The position numbers and the translations under genes were made by a program. Positions 44,914 through 54,852 of a DNA stretch of 64,000 nucleotides are shown here, piece by piece; the stretch's first letter is position 1; the number at the start of each line of letters is the position of its first letter. The stretch is from Kofleriaceae bacterium (lineage in GTDB: Bacteria; Myxococcota_A; Polyangia; Haliangiales; Haliangiaceae). The notes below the pieces were generated by a model, which saw only the letters and a list, made by a program, of their open reading frames with translations, did no database searches and was not told the origin of the DNA. The stretch spans positions 32,001-96,000 of the forward strand of contig CBDCCZ010000010.1 in the NCBI GenBank assembly GCA_965215005.1. Direction: 5' to 3'.

Positions 44914-46245
44914 GTGCGCGCTCCGTTCGTTTCCATTCGCCACGACCTTCGACCACCCATCGTGCGCTCGCGCGCCAGCCTCGCCTCGGCACCTCACACC
45001 GTGGTTGGTCTGGGTCATGCGCCCGACGGGCTGCCGCTCGCGCTGTCGGTGTCGCGCCGCTATTCGGTGCGAGAAGCAGTGCTCGATGAGCTCGACGCCA
45101 GTGCCATCGAGGAGCTTGCGCCCCCGGTGCGTGATGCGGTGTTGGCGCTGGAGCGCGCCGTCTGCGACGAAGCACGGCGCGAAGGGCTGATCGAGCTGGG
45201 CGGCACCGACGTCTATCTAAGTGCCGGCACCATGGGCGCCATCTTTGGCTCGACCATGCTCGCGCGGCTGCTCGGCAGCCAAAGCCCGATTGCCTCGCCG
45301 CTGGACGGAGCGCTGCCGCCGGCCCTGCTCGCAGCTCCCGGTCCGTCGCTGGCAGCCTCGGAGCCGGTAACGCTGATGAAGAGCGTCGGCGCCGATCGCT
45401 ACCTCGCGGTGCCGGCGCAGGACGGGCCGGTGTTCATTGCCGAGGTGTTCGACGAAGAAGCTGACGTGGCGCAGGAAGCGCTCCAGCCGCTGCGGCTCGA
45501 GGACCTGCGCAGCATCGACGGCGCGCGCTTCTGGTGGCGTCGCGGCTCCCGCATGGGCGACGGCGCGTTGGCCGACGCCGGCAGCTATCAACGCGCGGTG
45601 CGCGAAGCCGATGAGCTGGCCTGGAGTATCGAGCGCGCCGCGGTCGGGACCGCGCTGGTCGAGCTCGCCCGCAGCCTCGAGACGTTTCACAGCGAAGGCC
45701 GCGTGCATGCCGACGTCAAGCCCGGCAACTCGATCCTCACCGCGCACGGCGCGATCACCATCGACCCGATCGGCGTTCGCATCGGCGAGCGCTCGCCCGG
45801 GGCAACACCTGGATGGGCTGCGCCCGAACAGCTGCTCGGCCGCGACGTCGCCGCCGCCACCGACGTCTATCCGCTTGGTCTAATGCTCGCGCAGATGCTC
45901 GGCGCGGTGATCTACGGGGAAGAACGGCTGTTCGTCACGCCCATCGGCGGCGAAGCACCACGACGTATCCGCCTATTCGGTGACCCTGAAGTGTATCTCG
46001 ACCCGGCGTTGGTCACCGGCTCAGCACGCAGCGGCTGGAGCGAGCTCATCCGCCGCTGCGTGAGCTTCGATCCCGACGATCGCCCCGCTGACGCCGCCGC
46101 GGTCGCCGATCACGCCGCGACGCTGCTCGAGGAGACGCCGCTCACCGGCCGCATGCTGCTTTCCGCCGGCCCCGGGACGCTGCACCGCAACGCCCTCGTC
46201 GACGAGCAGCCGCAGGCCGTGTGGGTTCTGGAAGACGCGCGCTGA
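44914..46245 (+). CDS. Atypical protein-kinase-fold protein
   Basis: VHADVKPGN, IDPIG in place of DFG, TPGWAAPEQ and DVYPLG; start uncertain. Confidence 0.7.
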   Translation: MRAPFVSIRHDLRPPIVRSRASLASAPHTVVGLGHAPDGLPLALSVSRRYSVREAVLDELDASAIEELAPPVRDAVLALERAVCDEARREGLIELGGTDVYLSAGTMGAIFGSTMLARLLGSQSPIASPLDGALPPALLAAPGPSLAASEPVTLMKSVGADRYLAVPAQDGPVFIAEVFDEEADVAQEALQPLRLEDLRSIDGARFWWRRGSRMGDGALADAGSYQRAVREADELAWSIERAAVGTALVELARSLETFHSEGRVHADVKPGNSILTAHGAITIDPIGVRIGERSPGATPGWAAPEQLLGRDVAAATDVYPLGLMLAQMLGAVIYGEERLFVTPIGGEAPRRIRLFGDPEVYLDPALVTGSARSGWSELIRRCVSFDPDDRPADAAAVADHAATLLEETPLTGRMLLSAGPGTLHRNALVDEQPQAVWVLEDAR

Positions 46246-46248
46246 GCG

Positions 46249-48060
46249 CTACGGCAAGACCTCATCGGCACCGATATCCGGCGCGCGGCCGGCAGGACGC
46301 GCCTCGCCATCGATGTCCACGCCATCAAGAATGGTGGGATCACCCGCATCGATCAGCGGCGACGTCGGGCTCAAGTGATAGTCGCCTCCATTGCGATCGA
46401 CGAACTCGGGATCGACGGAGATGTTTCCGTTTCCGTTGTCGAACGATTGAATGTTCGAGTACCGATGCTTGCAAGTACCGAGAGTCGGCGGCAGACGGGA
46501 GGGAGTTAGGTGGTAGATGATGTTGTTCGATAGCTCAATCGGACCAGGCACAGAACAATCTAATCCCGACGTGGTTGCCTGTGGTCCAAGTGAGTTGTCA
46601 GCGATCGTATTGAACGCGAAGACGTGAGGGTTCACGGGCTGACTTGCTCTGATCCACACCGGCTGAGCATGATATTCCCCAGTGCCCGTCTTGACGATAA
46701 AGTTGTTCTCTACAGTGAAAGCGCTATTCGTAATCACCAAGGCCTGGAGAAGGCTATTCGACAGCACACTTCTCTCCATTTTCAGTGAGCCGTCAGCTAC
46801 ATCCACAGCGACGATCTTATCGTCAATCGTCGTCCGTTCTATCCTCACGTCGGTGTTATCAGTCGTTACTCCAAAAACATCACGCCCCAGCAGCTCACAA
46901 TTCTCGATCAGAAGGGAGCCGCCGCGGAAACCCATTTGAGAGCCATCACCGCCGTTGCCCATAAACTTCGTTCCCTTTATCTGTAATGAGCTATTCTCCG
47001 CAGAGATAGCCGTTTTATGGTTCCCAAACTGTGATTTTTCGACGAGCATGTCGCAGCTGACGGCCTTCAATGTTCCTCCCTCTCCTTCCTTCAACAGCGC
47101 ATTGCGAACTGTCAACTTGGAGAAATCCTCGCACTTGATACCCGTCGGAGCGAGGATGGTAAGACCATCGACGATCAGCGTCCCTTCCTGCGTGACCAAC
47201 AGCGCCGGCTGCTCGGTCATCGGGGGCAACGCGAGGATTCCCTCGCCGATCAAGCGGACCGTGCGATTGGCGATAACGACCGATTCGGCGTAGGTGCCTC
47301 GCGCGATGAGCATCGTATCCCGCTCGGCAGTCAGCCTAGTGAGCGCTTGGTTGAGGCTCGAGCAGGGGGTTTCGCGACTACCGCACTCGAGGATATCGAG
47401 GCCGCCCATGGCTGCGACGTGTACGATGTTGGCTTCGGCGATGCAGGCCCCGCTGTCTTGATCGCAAGCGCCAGACGGACACTCGTCGTTGGCGGTGCAA
47501 CGCCGGCAGCTCGAGGCCCCAGCGTCGCACACGGGTGCATCGGAAGCCGTGCAGTCGTCGTCGGAGCGGCAGCCGGCGCATTGCCCCGCATCGACGCAGT
47601 AGGGTGCTTGTGCGTCCCGCGCCGCGCAGCTCGCGTCGCCCTCAGCACCAGGAACGCATTCTACGCACTCACCAGCTGCACACTCGGGCGCATCGCCACT
47701 GCAGTCGCTGGCGTCGCGACATCCGACGCAGCGACCTTCATCGCATAGCGGCGCTGCGGCGTCGCGTTCGGCGCATTCGGCATCGCCGGCCGCGCCGCCG
47801 GCGCATCCACGACAAACTCCTTCAGACGAGGCACAGATCGGTTCCGCCCGATTGATGCATTCGCTGGCGCTCGCGCATGGCAGCGACAGCGGCTCAACGC
47901 AGGTGTTGCTTCTGCCTTGCAAGCTGCCGTCGAGGTCGCAATACGACGCAGCGGGATTGGAGCTGTACTCGCACGGCGTAGCGTCGTCGCAGTACAGCGG
48001 CGCGGCGCGCGTGCAGGCGGCCAAGCTCCCCACCGCCAGTAGCAAGAGGCACGCGCGCAG
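46249..48060 (-). CDS. Cys-rich repeat plus right-handed beta-helix surface lipoprotein
   Basis: Lipobox LAAC; CxxDxDC/PxC repeats; beta-helix repeats; C-terminal YHL...SPLIDAG...DIGADE. No ATG near the signal peptide, so the start is uncertain (CTG 48060 used). Confidence 0.8.
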   Translation of the reverse strand: MRACLLLLAVGSLAACTRAAPLYCDDATPCEYSSNPAASYCDLDGSLQGRSNTCVEPLSLPCASASECINRAEPICASSEGVCRGCAGGAAGDAECAERDAAAPLCDEGRCVGCRDASDCSGDAPECAAGECVECVPGAEGDASCAARDAQAPYCVDAGQCAGCRSDDDCTASDAPVCDAGASSCRRCTANDECPSGACDQDSGACIAEANIVHVAAMGGLDILECGSRETPCSSLNQALTRLTAERDTMLIARGTYAESVVIANRTVRLIGEGILALPPMTEQPALLVTQEGTLIVDGLTILAPTGIKCEDFSKLTVRNALLKEGEGGTLKAVSCDMLVEKSQFGNHKTAISAENSSLQIKGTKFMGNGGDGSQMGFRGGSLLIENCELLGRDVFGVTTDNTDVRIERTTIDDKIVAVDVADGSLKMERSVLSNSLLQALVITNSAFTVENNFIVKTGTGEYHAQPVWIRASQPVNPHVFAFNTIADNSLGPQATTSGLDCSVPGPIELSNNIIYHLTPSRLPPTLGTCKHRYSNIQSFDNGNGNISVDPEFVDRNGGDYHLSPTSPLIDAGDPTILDGVDIDGEARPAGRAPDIGADEVLP

Positions 48061-48434
48061 AAGCTCGCCTCGCTGCGCCGGTGTGGAAGCGCAATGATGC
48101 CCGCGCAACGCGGCCGCTGTCCCTTGGATGGTCTCGCGGGTCGCGGGGCGCTCGCCTTGCCCGCGCGCAAACAAGCTCCTGCAACGCTTTGTCAGCACGC
48201 GTCTTGCCCCATAGAAAGATCGGCTTCTCGACTGGCTCGTCCACTCATTGCCGCCAGTATCGCCCAATCTTGCTCTGCGCAATGCTACTAGCGACGCGCC
48301 CGCTCGCGTATCGGCCATCGTCGCGGACAGAATCGTCACGGCAACCACGTCTGCCCCGCCGCAAGCTGCGAGCGAGCGAAACCAGCGTAACTCAGCTTGC
48401 TAGACTTTCGCGGCGCCGACGATTCCGCCCGTCG

Positions 48435-49638
48435 TCACTCGGCGTCTTCAATGAGCGTCTTCTCGGTGAGCGTGCGATGCACCGGACACTTGTCGGCGAT
48501 CTCGTGGAGACGCGCGCGCTGCGCATCGTCTAGCTCGCCGGTGAGAATCACCCGGCGCTCGATGCGATCGATCTTGCTGCCGCTGCTCTCGCAGTCTTCG
48601 CAGTCGGTCTGGTGCACCTTCTCATGGCACAGCTGGACCTCGACTCCCTCGAGCGGCCACTTCTTGCGCTGCGCGTACATTCGCACCGTCATCGAGGTGC
48701 AAGCCCCCAGTCCCGCCAGCAATAAATCGTAGGGCGTTGGACCCGTATTCTCGCCGCCAAGGCGTTCCGGTTCATCGGCGCGCAAGCGATGGCCGCTGGC
48801 CACGATCTCCTGCGCAAAGCCGCTCGCACCGCCACGCACCGTGACCACGCCGCTAGAGGGCGCCTTGCTCTCCTCGCGCTCCAAGTAGCGCTCGGCCCAC
48901 GCCGCGATCAGCTGCGCCGCGTACCGGGCGTCGGCAGCGTCCGATAACAAATGATCCGCGCCCTCGAGCGCAACGAAGCTCTTGGGGTGCCGCGCCGCCT
49001 CGAACAGCTGCCGCGCATTGTCGATGCCGACGATTGCATCGCGGGGCGCATGACACACGAGCAGCGCGCGACCGAGCTCGCCCACCCGCGCCCGTAGATC
49101 CTGCTGCTCGAGGTCGATGAGCAGCTGCTTCTTGATGCGAAACGAGCGCCCCGCAAGGCAAATCTCCGCCTCGCCACGGGCCTCGAGCATCGTCCGCGCC
49201 GGCGCCAGCAGACGCGTGACATGCGCAGGGTCGGCGGGCGCACCGATGGTCGCCACGGCTTTGCACTCCTCGATCGCTTCGGCCGCCAAGAGCGCTGCTG
49301 CACCGCCGAGGCTGTGTCCAACGAGCAGCTGCGGCGCCCGATGCTCACGCCGCAGCCAGTCGGCGGCGGCCACCAAGTCATCGACGTTGGAGCTGAAGTT
49401 GGTGTCGGCGAAGTCGCCTTCGCTCTCGCCAAGACCGGTGAAGTCGAAGCGCAGCACGCCAAGACCAACCGGCAAGCGCCTCAGCGATACGCACGGCCGC
49501 GTGGCTGTTCTTCGAGCACGTAAAGCAATGCGCAAACAGCGCCCACGCCGTGGGGGCACCGGCCGGCAGATGCACGCGCCCAACCAATCGCGCACCACTG
49601 GCGCCGGGAAAATGGGTGACTTGCGAGGGTCTCTTCAT
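48435..49638 (-). pseudogene. Bifunctional alpha/beta hydrolase-OsmC gene with a frameshift near 49469
   Basis: The N-terminal part ([11 protein letters not shown]...AEALAG) is in one frame; [22 protein letters not shown] and the OsmC motifs (GACT, DKCPVH) are in another. Confidence 0.85.
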
Positions 49639-49737
49639 GTCAGCCTTTGGGCGCACCACTACGCGTACGCCTTGATTGCAATGGCACTTGCATCGTCACT
49701 CTAGACGCCTTCGAGGTCGATACCGTAACGTGCGCCG

Positions 49738-50256
49738 GTGCGGAATGCGCTCCAATGGCTAGTTTGGATGATGATCGCCGGCTGTGGTGGAGCAAACACA
49801 ACACCCACTGCCGCGGAGGCGCCCTCTGCTGCCCCTGCGGCGATCGAGGCTCTGGCAGCTGCTACCGACCTAGACGGCCAGTTGATCGGGAATCCGCAGC
49901 GTACGACTGTCGTCGTGGTGTTCGCCTCCTGGTGCGGGCCGTGTCGGCGCGAGCTGGCCATGCTCGGCGCGCTGCGTCGCGAGGTGCCAGAGGTCCGTTT
50001 CGTCGGTGTCAATGCCTACGAAGAGTACGAAGATCGAAGTGACGAGGCGCGTCTGCGCGCTTATCTGGCGGCGAATGCTCCTTGGCTCCAGGTCGTCCGC
50101 GGCGATGCGCGCCTTCTGGCCGCGCTCGGCAGCCCGCAACACGTCCCGACGGTGCTGGTGTATGACGCCGCCGGCGCCCTGCGCATCGCCTCGGCTCCAG
50201 ACGAGCCGCCGCTCGATCGCCAGACGCTCCGCCGCTCCTTGCAGGGCCTCGAGTAG
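49738..50256 (+). CDS. TlpA-family thiol-disulfide oxidoreductase lipoprotein
   Basis: Lipobox IAGC; FASWCGPC; VPT. Confidence 0.85.
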   Translation: MRNALQWLVWMMIAGCGGANTTPTAAEAPSAAPAAIEALAAATDLDGQLIGNPQRTTVVVVFASWCGPCRRELAMLGALRREVPEVRFVGVNAYEEYEDRSDEARLRAYLAANAPWLQVVRGDARLLAALGSPQHVPTVLVYDAAGALRIASAPDEPPLDRQTLRRSLQGLE

Positions 50257-50316
50257 CCATCCAGGCCGCGGAAGCCTTTCTTTTCGCCCGCTACGCGGCT
50301 ACCTTCGAGAGCGCGT

Positions 50317-52227
50317 ATGTCCTCCTCCGAGGCGGAATCAGACCTCCAGGGTCATCGCTACGGCGGATATTGGTTCAAGCGGCTGCTGGGCGAAGGGGGC
50401 TTCGGTGCCGTTTGGGAGCTGGAAAACAAGCTCGGACGGCGCTGCGCGGCCAAGGTGCTTCGGCGCGAGCTCCTAGACAACGCCGACATCGTCAGGCGGT
50501 TCATGCGCGAGGCCGAGACGGCCGCCAAGATCAGCCATCCCAACATCGTTGAGGTGCAGGATGTAACCACGCTCCCCGACGGTCGGCCGATCATCGTCAT
50601 GGAGTACCTCGAGGGCGAGACGTTGAGCGCGTATCTCGAGCAGCAGGGACCGTTGCAGCCATCGCAAGCAGCACCGATCCTTCTCGAGATCTGCGCCGCG
50701 CTCGCGGCTGCGCACGCCATGGGCGTGGTGCATCGCGATCTCAAGCCGGACAACATCTTCTTTCATCAGCTCGCCGGCCGGCCCCGGGTGCTCAAAGTGC
50801 TCGACTTCGGCATTGCGCGCATCGTCGACAATAAAGGTGCTGTCAGCCATCACACCCGCACCGGCCAAGTGATGGGAACGCCCGCGTATATGTCTCCAGA
50901 GCAGGTACTGGGCCAACCCGACATCGACTTGCGCACCGACGTCTATGCACTGGGTGTAGTCACCTACAAGATGTTCACCGGCGGCTATCCCTACCATGCG
51001 CATAGCGTCACCCAGTGGGCCATTGCTCATGCCAGCCTGCTGCCCTTGCTGCTGCACGATGCCCGGCCCGATTTGGCGCAAGCGTGGAGCGATATCGTTG
51101 CTATCGCGCTTTCAAAGTTCCGCGATAGCCGATTCCCCTCGATGCTGGCGTTTGGCGATGCCGTGCGCGCTGCCGCTGACGGTCGCCCGGTGCACGCTCC
51201 GCAAGGGCCCCCACCCAGCTCGAGCATGACGCCAACCCTCCGCGATGGACCTTTCATGGCGGCCATGGAGAGCGTTCCGAGCGCGATGCCGTTGGTGTCG
51301 AGCGGACGCGTCGAGCAGCCAAGGATGCCACTGCCGGCGTCAGGCCCGCTGCCGGTTGCAGGCTCGCCGCAGGCGCCGCTGCCGCACGGACGTGGATTCG
51401 CGGAGGGAGCGGCGGCGCAGCCATATATGCAGCCGTATCCGTCGCCATCGCAGCCGCATCCGTCGCCATCGCAGCCGCATTCGTCGCCATCACAACCGTC
51501 ACCGAGTCCTGCCGAACAGGCGCAGAGATGGCCAGAACAGGAACACCGCGCGGCATCCGCGCCGCTCCAGGACCCGGCGCAGACGCGCGAATCGTCACCG
51601 CACGGGCCAGCCAGCTCTCGCCGCTCTATCCTGATCGCGCTTGGTGTGGTCGCGGCGGTGGGCGCAACGATAGCGCTGGTGGTGGCGCTATCGGGACCAC
51701 CGGCGGCAAGTGGCGTCGAAGCACGTGCGGTGACCAAGCTCGAGCCGACTGAGCCGGCCAAGCCCGCCACCACGCCGGCCAAGCCCGCCACCACGCCGGC
51801 CAAGCCCGCCACCACGCCGGCCAAGCCCGCACCGACCGAGCCTGCCAAGCCCACAAACCAGGCCCCCGACGAAGATCAGCCAAACGCCGCTCCGAGCAAA
51901 CCGCCGAGTCCACCATCGCAACCGGCTGCTTCCAGCGCCGCCCGCCGCGCCGCCACGCCGCCGCAAGCAACGCCACGCCAGGTCGCTAGCGCAAAACCCG
52001 AGTCCGATCGCGCTCCTGCGGCCGGCAGCGGCACACTCACGCTCAGCGTCACGCCGTGGGCCGAAGTCTATATCAATGGCAAGAATAGCGGCTTTGCGCC
52101 AATGACGTTGAAGCTGCCCACCGGCCGCTATTCGCTCCTTCTCGTCAACCCAACGCAGAACCGCCGCGAACGGCTCCGCGTCGACGTCACACCGGGCAAG
52201 CCGGTGGTGGTGAAGCGTTCATGGTAA
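50317..52227 (+). CDS. Ser/Thr protein kinase with TM, Pro-rich linker and C-terminal PEGA-like domain
   Basis: LGEGGFG, HRDLKPDN, DFG, GTPAYMSPEQ; TPWAEVYING..LPTGRY. Confidence 0.92.
   Translation: MSSSEAESDLQGHRYGGYWFKRLLGEGGFGAVWELENKLGRRCAAKVLRRELLDNADIVRRFMREAETAAKISHPNIVEVQDVTTLPDGRPIIVMEYLEGETLSAYLEQQGPLQPSQAAPILLEICAALAAAHAMGVVHRDLKPDNIFFHQLAGRPRVLKVLDFGIARIVDNKGAVSHHTRTGQVMGTPAYMSPEQVLGQPDIDLRTDVYALGVVTYKMFTGGYPYHAHSVTQWAIAHASLLPLLLHDARPDLAQAWSDIVAIALSKFRDSRFPSMLAFGDAVRAAADGRPVHAPQGPPPSSSMTPTLRDGPFMAAMESVPSAMPLVSSGRVEQPRMPLPASGPLPVAGSPQAPLPHGRGFAEGAAAQPYMQPYPSPSQPHPSPSQPHSSPSQPSPSPAEQAQRWPEQEHRAASAPLQDPAQTRESSPHGPASSRRSILIALGVVAAVGATIALVVALSGPPAASGVEARAVTKLEPTEPAKPATTPAKPATTPAKPATTPAKPAPTEPAKPTNQAPDEDQPNAAPSKPPSPPSQPAASSAARRAATPPQATPRQVASAKPESDRAPAAGSGTLTLSVTPWAEVYINGKNSGFAPMTLKLPTGRYSLLLVNPTQNRRERLRVDVTPGKPVVVKRSW
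51429..51491 (+). repeat. Intragenic 21-bp tandem repeat x3 (encodes QPHPSPS-like units)
   Basis: GCAGCCGCATCCGTCGCCATC with single-base variants. Confidence 0.85.
51753..51830 (+). repeat. Intragenic perfect 21-bp tandem repeat x3.7 (encodes PAKPATT)
   Basis: GCCGGCCAAGCCCGCCACCAC three times plus a 15-bp partial copy. Confidence 0.92.
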
Positions 52228-53273
52228 AAGCAGCAGCAATGACGCGTAGCTTGTGCGTAGGGGTGCTCGTACTGCTCATGGCCACTGCGGCCTCCGCCGA
52301 TCCTGCCGACGTGCCGCAGCTCATCAACATCGTCGTTTCCGCGCCCGACGACGTCGAAGCCACCATTCTCGATGCCACCGAGGCCGCCGTCCGCGAGCAG
52401 CGCTACGAGATCGAAGTGGTCGCCTCGCCGGCAGTGCGTAGCGATGTTGCTAGCTGCATCACGCGAGCGAGCAGCGAAACCTGCATGAAGCGTCTCTTCG
52501 AAGGCAGCCAGACCGAGCTCATCTTGGTGCTACGCGCTCAAGCGAGCACAGATGATGAAGGCCAGCCGCGGTATCTCATCGATGCGCGCCTTGTCGAGTT
52601 TCCCAGCGGCAAGACGATTGGCGCTACGCAGCGGCACTGCATGCGCTGCACCGACAACGCTCGCCTTGCGGAACACGCGCGCGACCTGTCGCTTCAGCTA
52701 TTGCGCGATCAAGGCATGCGGCGGGCGCCGCACACCGGCCTTCGCGTCGTGACGCAGCCAAGCGATGCAACGATCACCATCGATGGCATCGAAGCCGGCC
52801 CCGCCGGGGAGACCTATCGCGTAGCTCCGGGTCCACACGAGGTGCTGGTCGAGCACCCCAGGCACCGCGCCACCACCAAGCAGATTGATCTGCGGCCCAA
52901 CCAAGAGCTGGTGCTCGAGGTCGAGCTCGAGTCGACCAGCGGCCCGCGCGCGGAATCGCCGGCGCTCAGCTCTCACGACGAGAGTTGGATGGCACGGCAG
53001 CGCGAGCGTTGGCTGCCGTGGACGCTCACCGCCGCCAGCGCTGGCAGTCTTGCGCTCGGCATCACGTGGATCGTCATCGACGAAGATCAGGTCGAGGGCA
53101 CGCGACAGCCTACCTACCGCGACTCTCAAACGCCGGGCATCGTCGCCGTGTCGGTAGGAGCCGTGCTCGGTGGCGTGGCAGCGTATTTGTTCTATCGCGA
53201 CTCCAAAGCGCCGGCGCTAATCGCCGCTCCGAGTCGCGACGGAGGCGTTGTGGTGTGGCACGGGCACTTCTGA
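52221..53273 (+). CDS. PEGA-domain protein
   Basis: Signal peptide; VTQPSDATITIDG...VAPGPHEVLVE; hydrophobic hairpin; ends VVWHGHF. Confidence 0.82.
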   Translation: MVKAAAMTRSLCVGVLVLLMATAASADPADVPQLINIVVSAPDDVEATILDATEAAVREQRYEIEVVASPAVRSDVASCITRASSETCMKRLFEGSQTELILVLRAQASTDDEGQPRYLIDARLVEFPSGKTIGATQRHCMRCTDNARLAEHARDLSLQLLRDQGMRRAPHTGLRVVTQPSDATITIDGIEAGPAGETYRVAPGPHEVLVEHPRHRATTKQIDLRPNQELVLEVELESTSGPRAESPALSSHDESWMARQRERWLPWTLTAASAGSLALGITWIVIDEDQVEGTRQPTYRDSQTPGIVAVSVGAVLGGVAAYLFYRDSKAPALIAAPSRDGGVVVWHGHF

Positions 53274-54688
53274 AACTGCTGTTAGCGGCGGTGCTGCTGG
53301 TGGGCAGCGCGTCGTCTGCCCGCGCCCAGCGGCTCATCCTCGAGAGCTACGTCGCCGCACCGCCGGCGTCGTCGCACACGGTGATGCCGCCGCTGCGTGC
53401 ATCGCTCAACCAGCGCGGCGCGCTCGCGACCACGCAAGAGGTAACAGCGCAGCTCGAGAGCTCTTCGCGGGTCAATTTGCCGCCGCCAGCATCGGTCGTC
53501 GAACAAATCGAGACCAACCTCAGCGCCGGATTTCGGCATTGGGGCAATGTCGAGTTCGATCGCGCGATCGAGTCGCTGCGCGAAGCCATCGCGCTGGCGC
53601 AACAGTACCCGCTCGTGACCACCCGCTCCGCCGATTTGCGCCGCGACATCTTTCACGCCCACGTCGCTCTCGCGTTGGCCTACCAGCGCAGCGCCCGCCA
53701 GAGCGAAGCGCGCGCCGAGCTCGAAGACATCGTTCGCACCTATCCCGAACAGCGGATGCCCTTCGACCGGTTTGGCCCACAACCGGAAGCGCTGCGCCGA
53801 CAGGTCGAAGCGGATTTACGCGCCGAAGCCGAAGGCCGCCTCGTGGTGTCCTCGCCCAGCGGCGAGCCCATCCGCGTGTTCGTCAACGAGCAATTCATCG
53901 GCAACGGCGCCAGCGTCGAAGCCTCGCTCTTGCCCGGCCGCTATCGAGTCTTCACCACGAGCGACGCCCACGTCAGCCGCATCCGCGAGATTCGCATCGA
54001 CAGCGGCCGCGACCACCGACTGACCATCGACCCCCGGCTCGATTCGATCCTGCGGCTCGAGCCACGGCCCATGATGGTTTTCGCCGACGAAGTCGAGCGA
54101 AGCAAGCGACAGCGCGGCTACGTGCGCGAGTTGGTGCATCAAGCATCCGCAGCCAGTGGCATGATCTTGCTGCACGTCGAGTCCGCCGGTGACATGACGC
54201 GAGTCATTGGCGAGGTGCTAACGGCGGAAGGCCAGCGCGAGCGCGCGGGCGCCGTCCGCGTCGATGCAGAGTTGCCGCAGGTCGAATCGCTCGAAGCCCT
54301 GGCCGAGTTCCTGGCAAATGGCGTGGCATCGCCCGCGATTGAGGTACTGAGCGGCTCGGCGCTGTCGGCCCGCCCTTCGCACACCTCGCGCTTTGGCGCC
54401 TGGAAGTGGGTCGGGGTCGGGATCGGAGTCGCCGCAGCGGCAACCGGTGCCACGCTCCTCTACCTCGACGGCCGCGGCACTTGCGATGTCCCCGGACAGA
54501 TGCGATGTCCCCGCGAGTACGGCACCAAGACAGCCGGCGTCGCGACCTTATCTGTGGCGGGCGTCGCCGCCGTAGCCGCCACCTTGATGTGGATCTTCGA
54601 CGATGCGCCGGTGCGCGAGCGGACCCAGATTGGCCTCGGCCGCACCACCAGCGGCTCCTGGACCGTCGGCTTGAGCGGCCAGTTCTAG
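53255..54688 (+). CDS. Secreted TPR/PEGA-like protein
   Basis: GGAGG upstream of GTG 53255; signal peptide; helical repeats; PEGA-like VFVNEQFIG..LLPGRY; ends VGLSGQF. Confidence 0.75.
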   Translation: MARALLKLLLAAVLLVGSASSARAQRLILESYVAAPPASSHTVMPPLRASLNQRGALATTQEVTAQLESSSRVNLPPPASVVEQIETNLSAGFRHWGNVEFDRAIESLREAIALAQQYPLVTTRSADLRRDIFHAHVALALAYQRSARQSEARAELEDIVRTYPEQRMPFDRFGPQPEALRRQVEADLRAEAEGRLVVSSPSGEPIRVFVNEQFIGNGASVEASLLPGRYRVFTTSDAHVSRIREIRIDSGRDHRLTIDPRLDSILRLEPRPMMVFADEVERSKRQRGYVRELVHQASAASGMILLHVESAGDMTRVIGEVLTAEGQRERAGAVRVDAELPQVESLEALAEFLANGVASPAIEVLSGSALSARPSHTSRFGAWKWVGVGIGVAAAATGATLLYLDGRGTCDVPGQMRCPREYGTKTAGVATLSVAGVAAVAATLMWIFDDAPVRERTQIGLGRTTSGSWTVGLSGQF

Positions 54689-54852
54689 CCCAGTGAGCTC
54701 GAGCGCCGCTCCCTACCTCATTTCCTACGGTACCGCGGCCCCCTGAGCCGCCCCGCCTAGCGCGGAGACGGTATGCAGCGCCTGGACGACCCGCGCTGAT
54801 CGCTTTGCAGACGCGCGCAGCGATGGCGACTGATGGCGACGGGAGACCGCGT

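Noticed and set aside
51753..51830. 21-bp repeats as a CRISPR array or regulatory iterons
   Set aside because: No spacers; the repeats are in-frame coding sequence of a Pro-rich linker.
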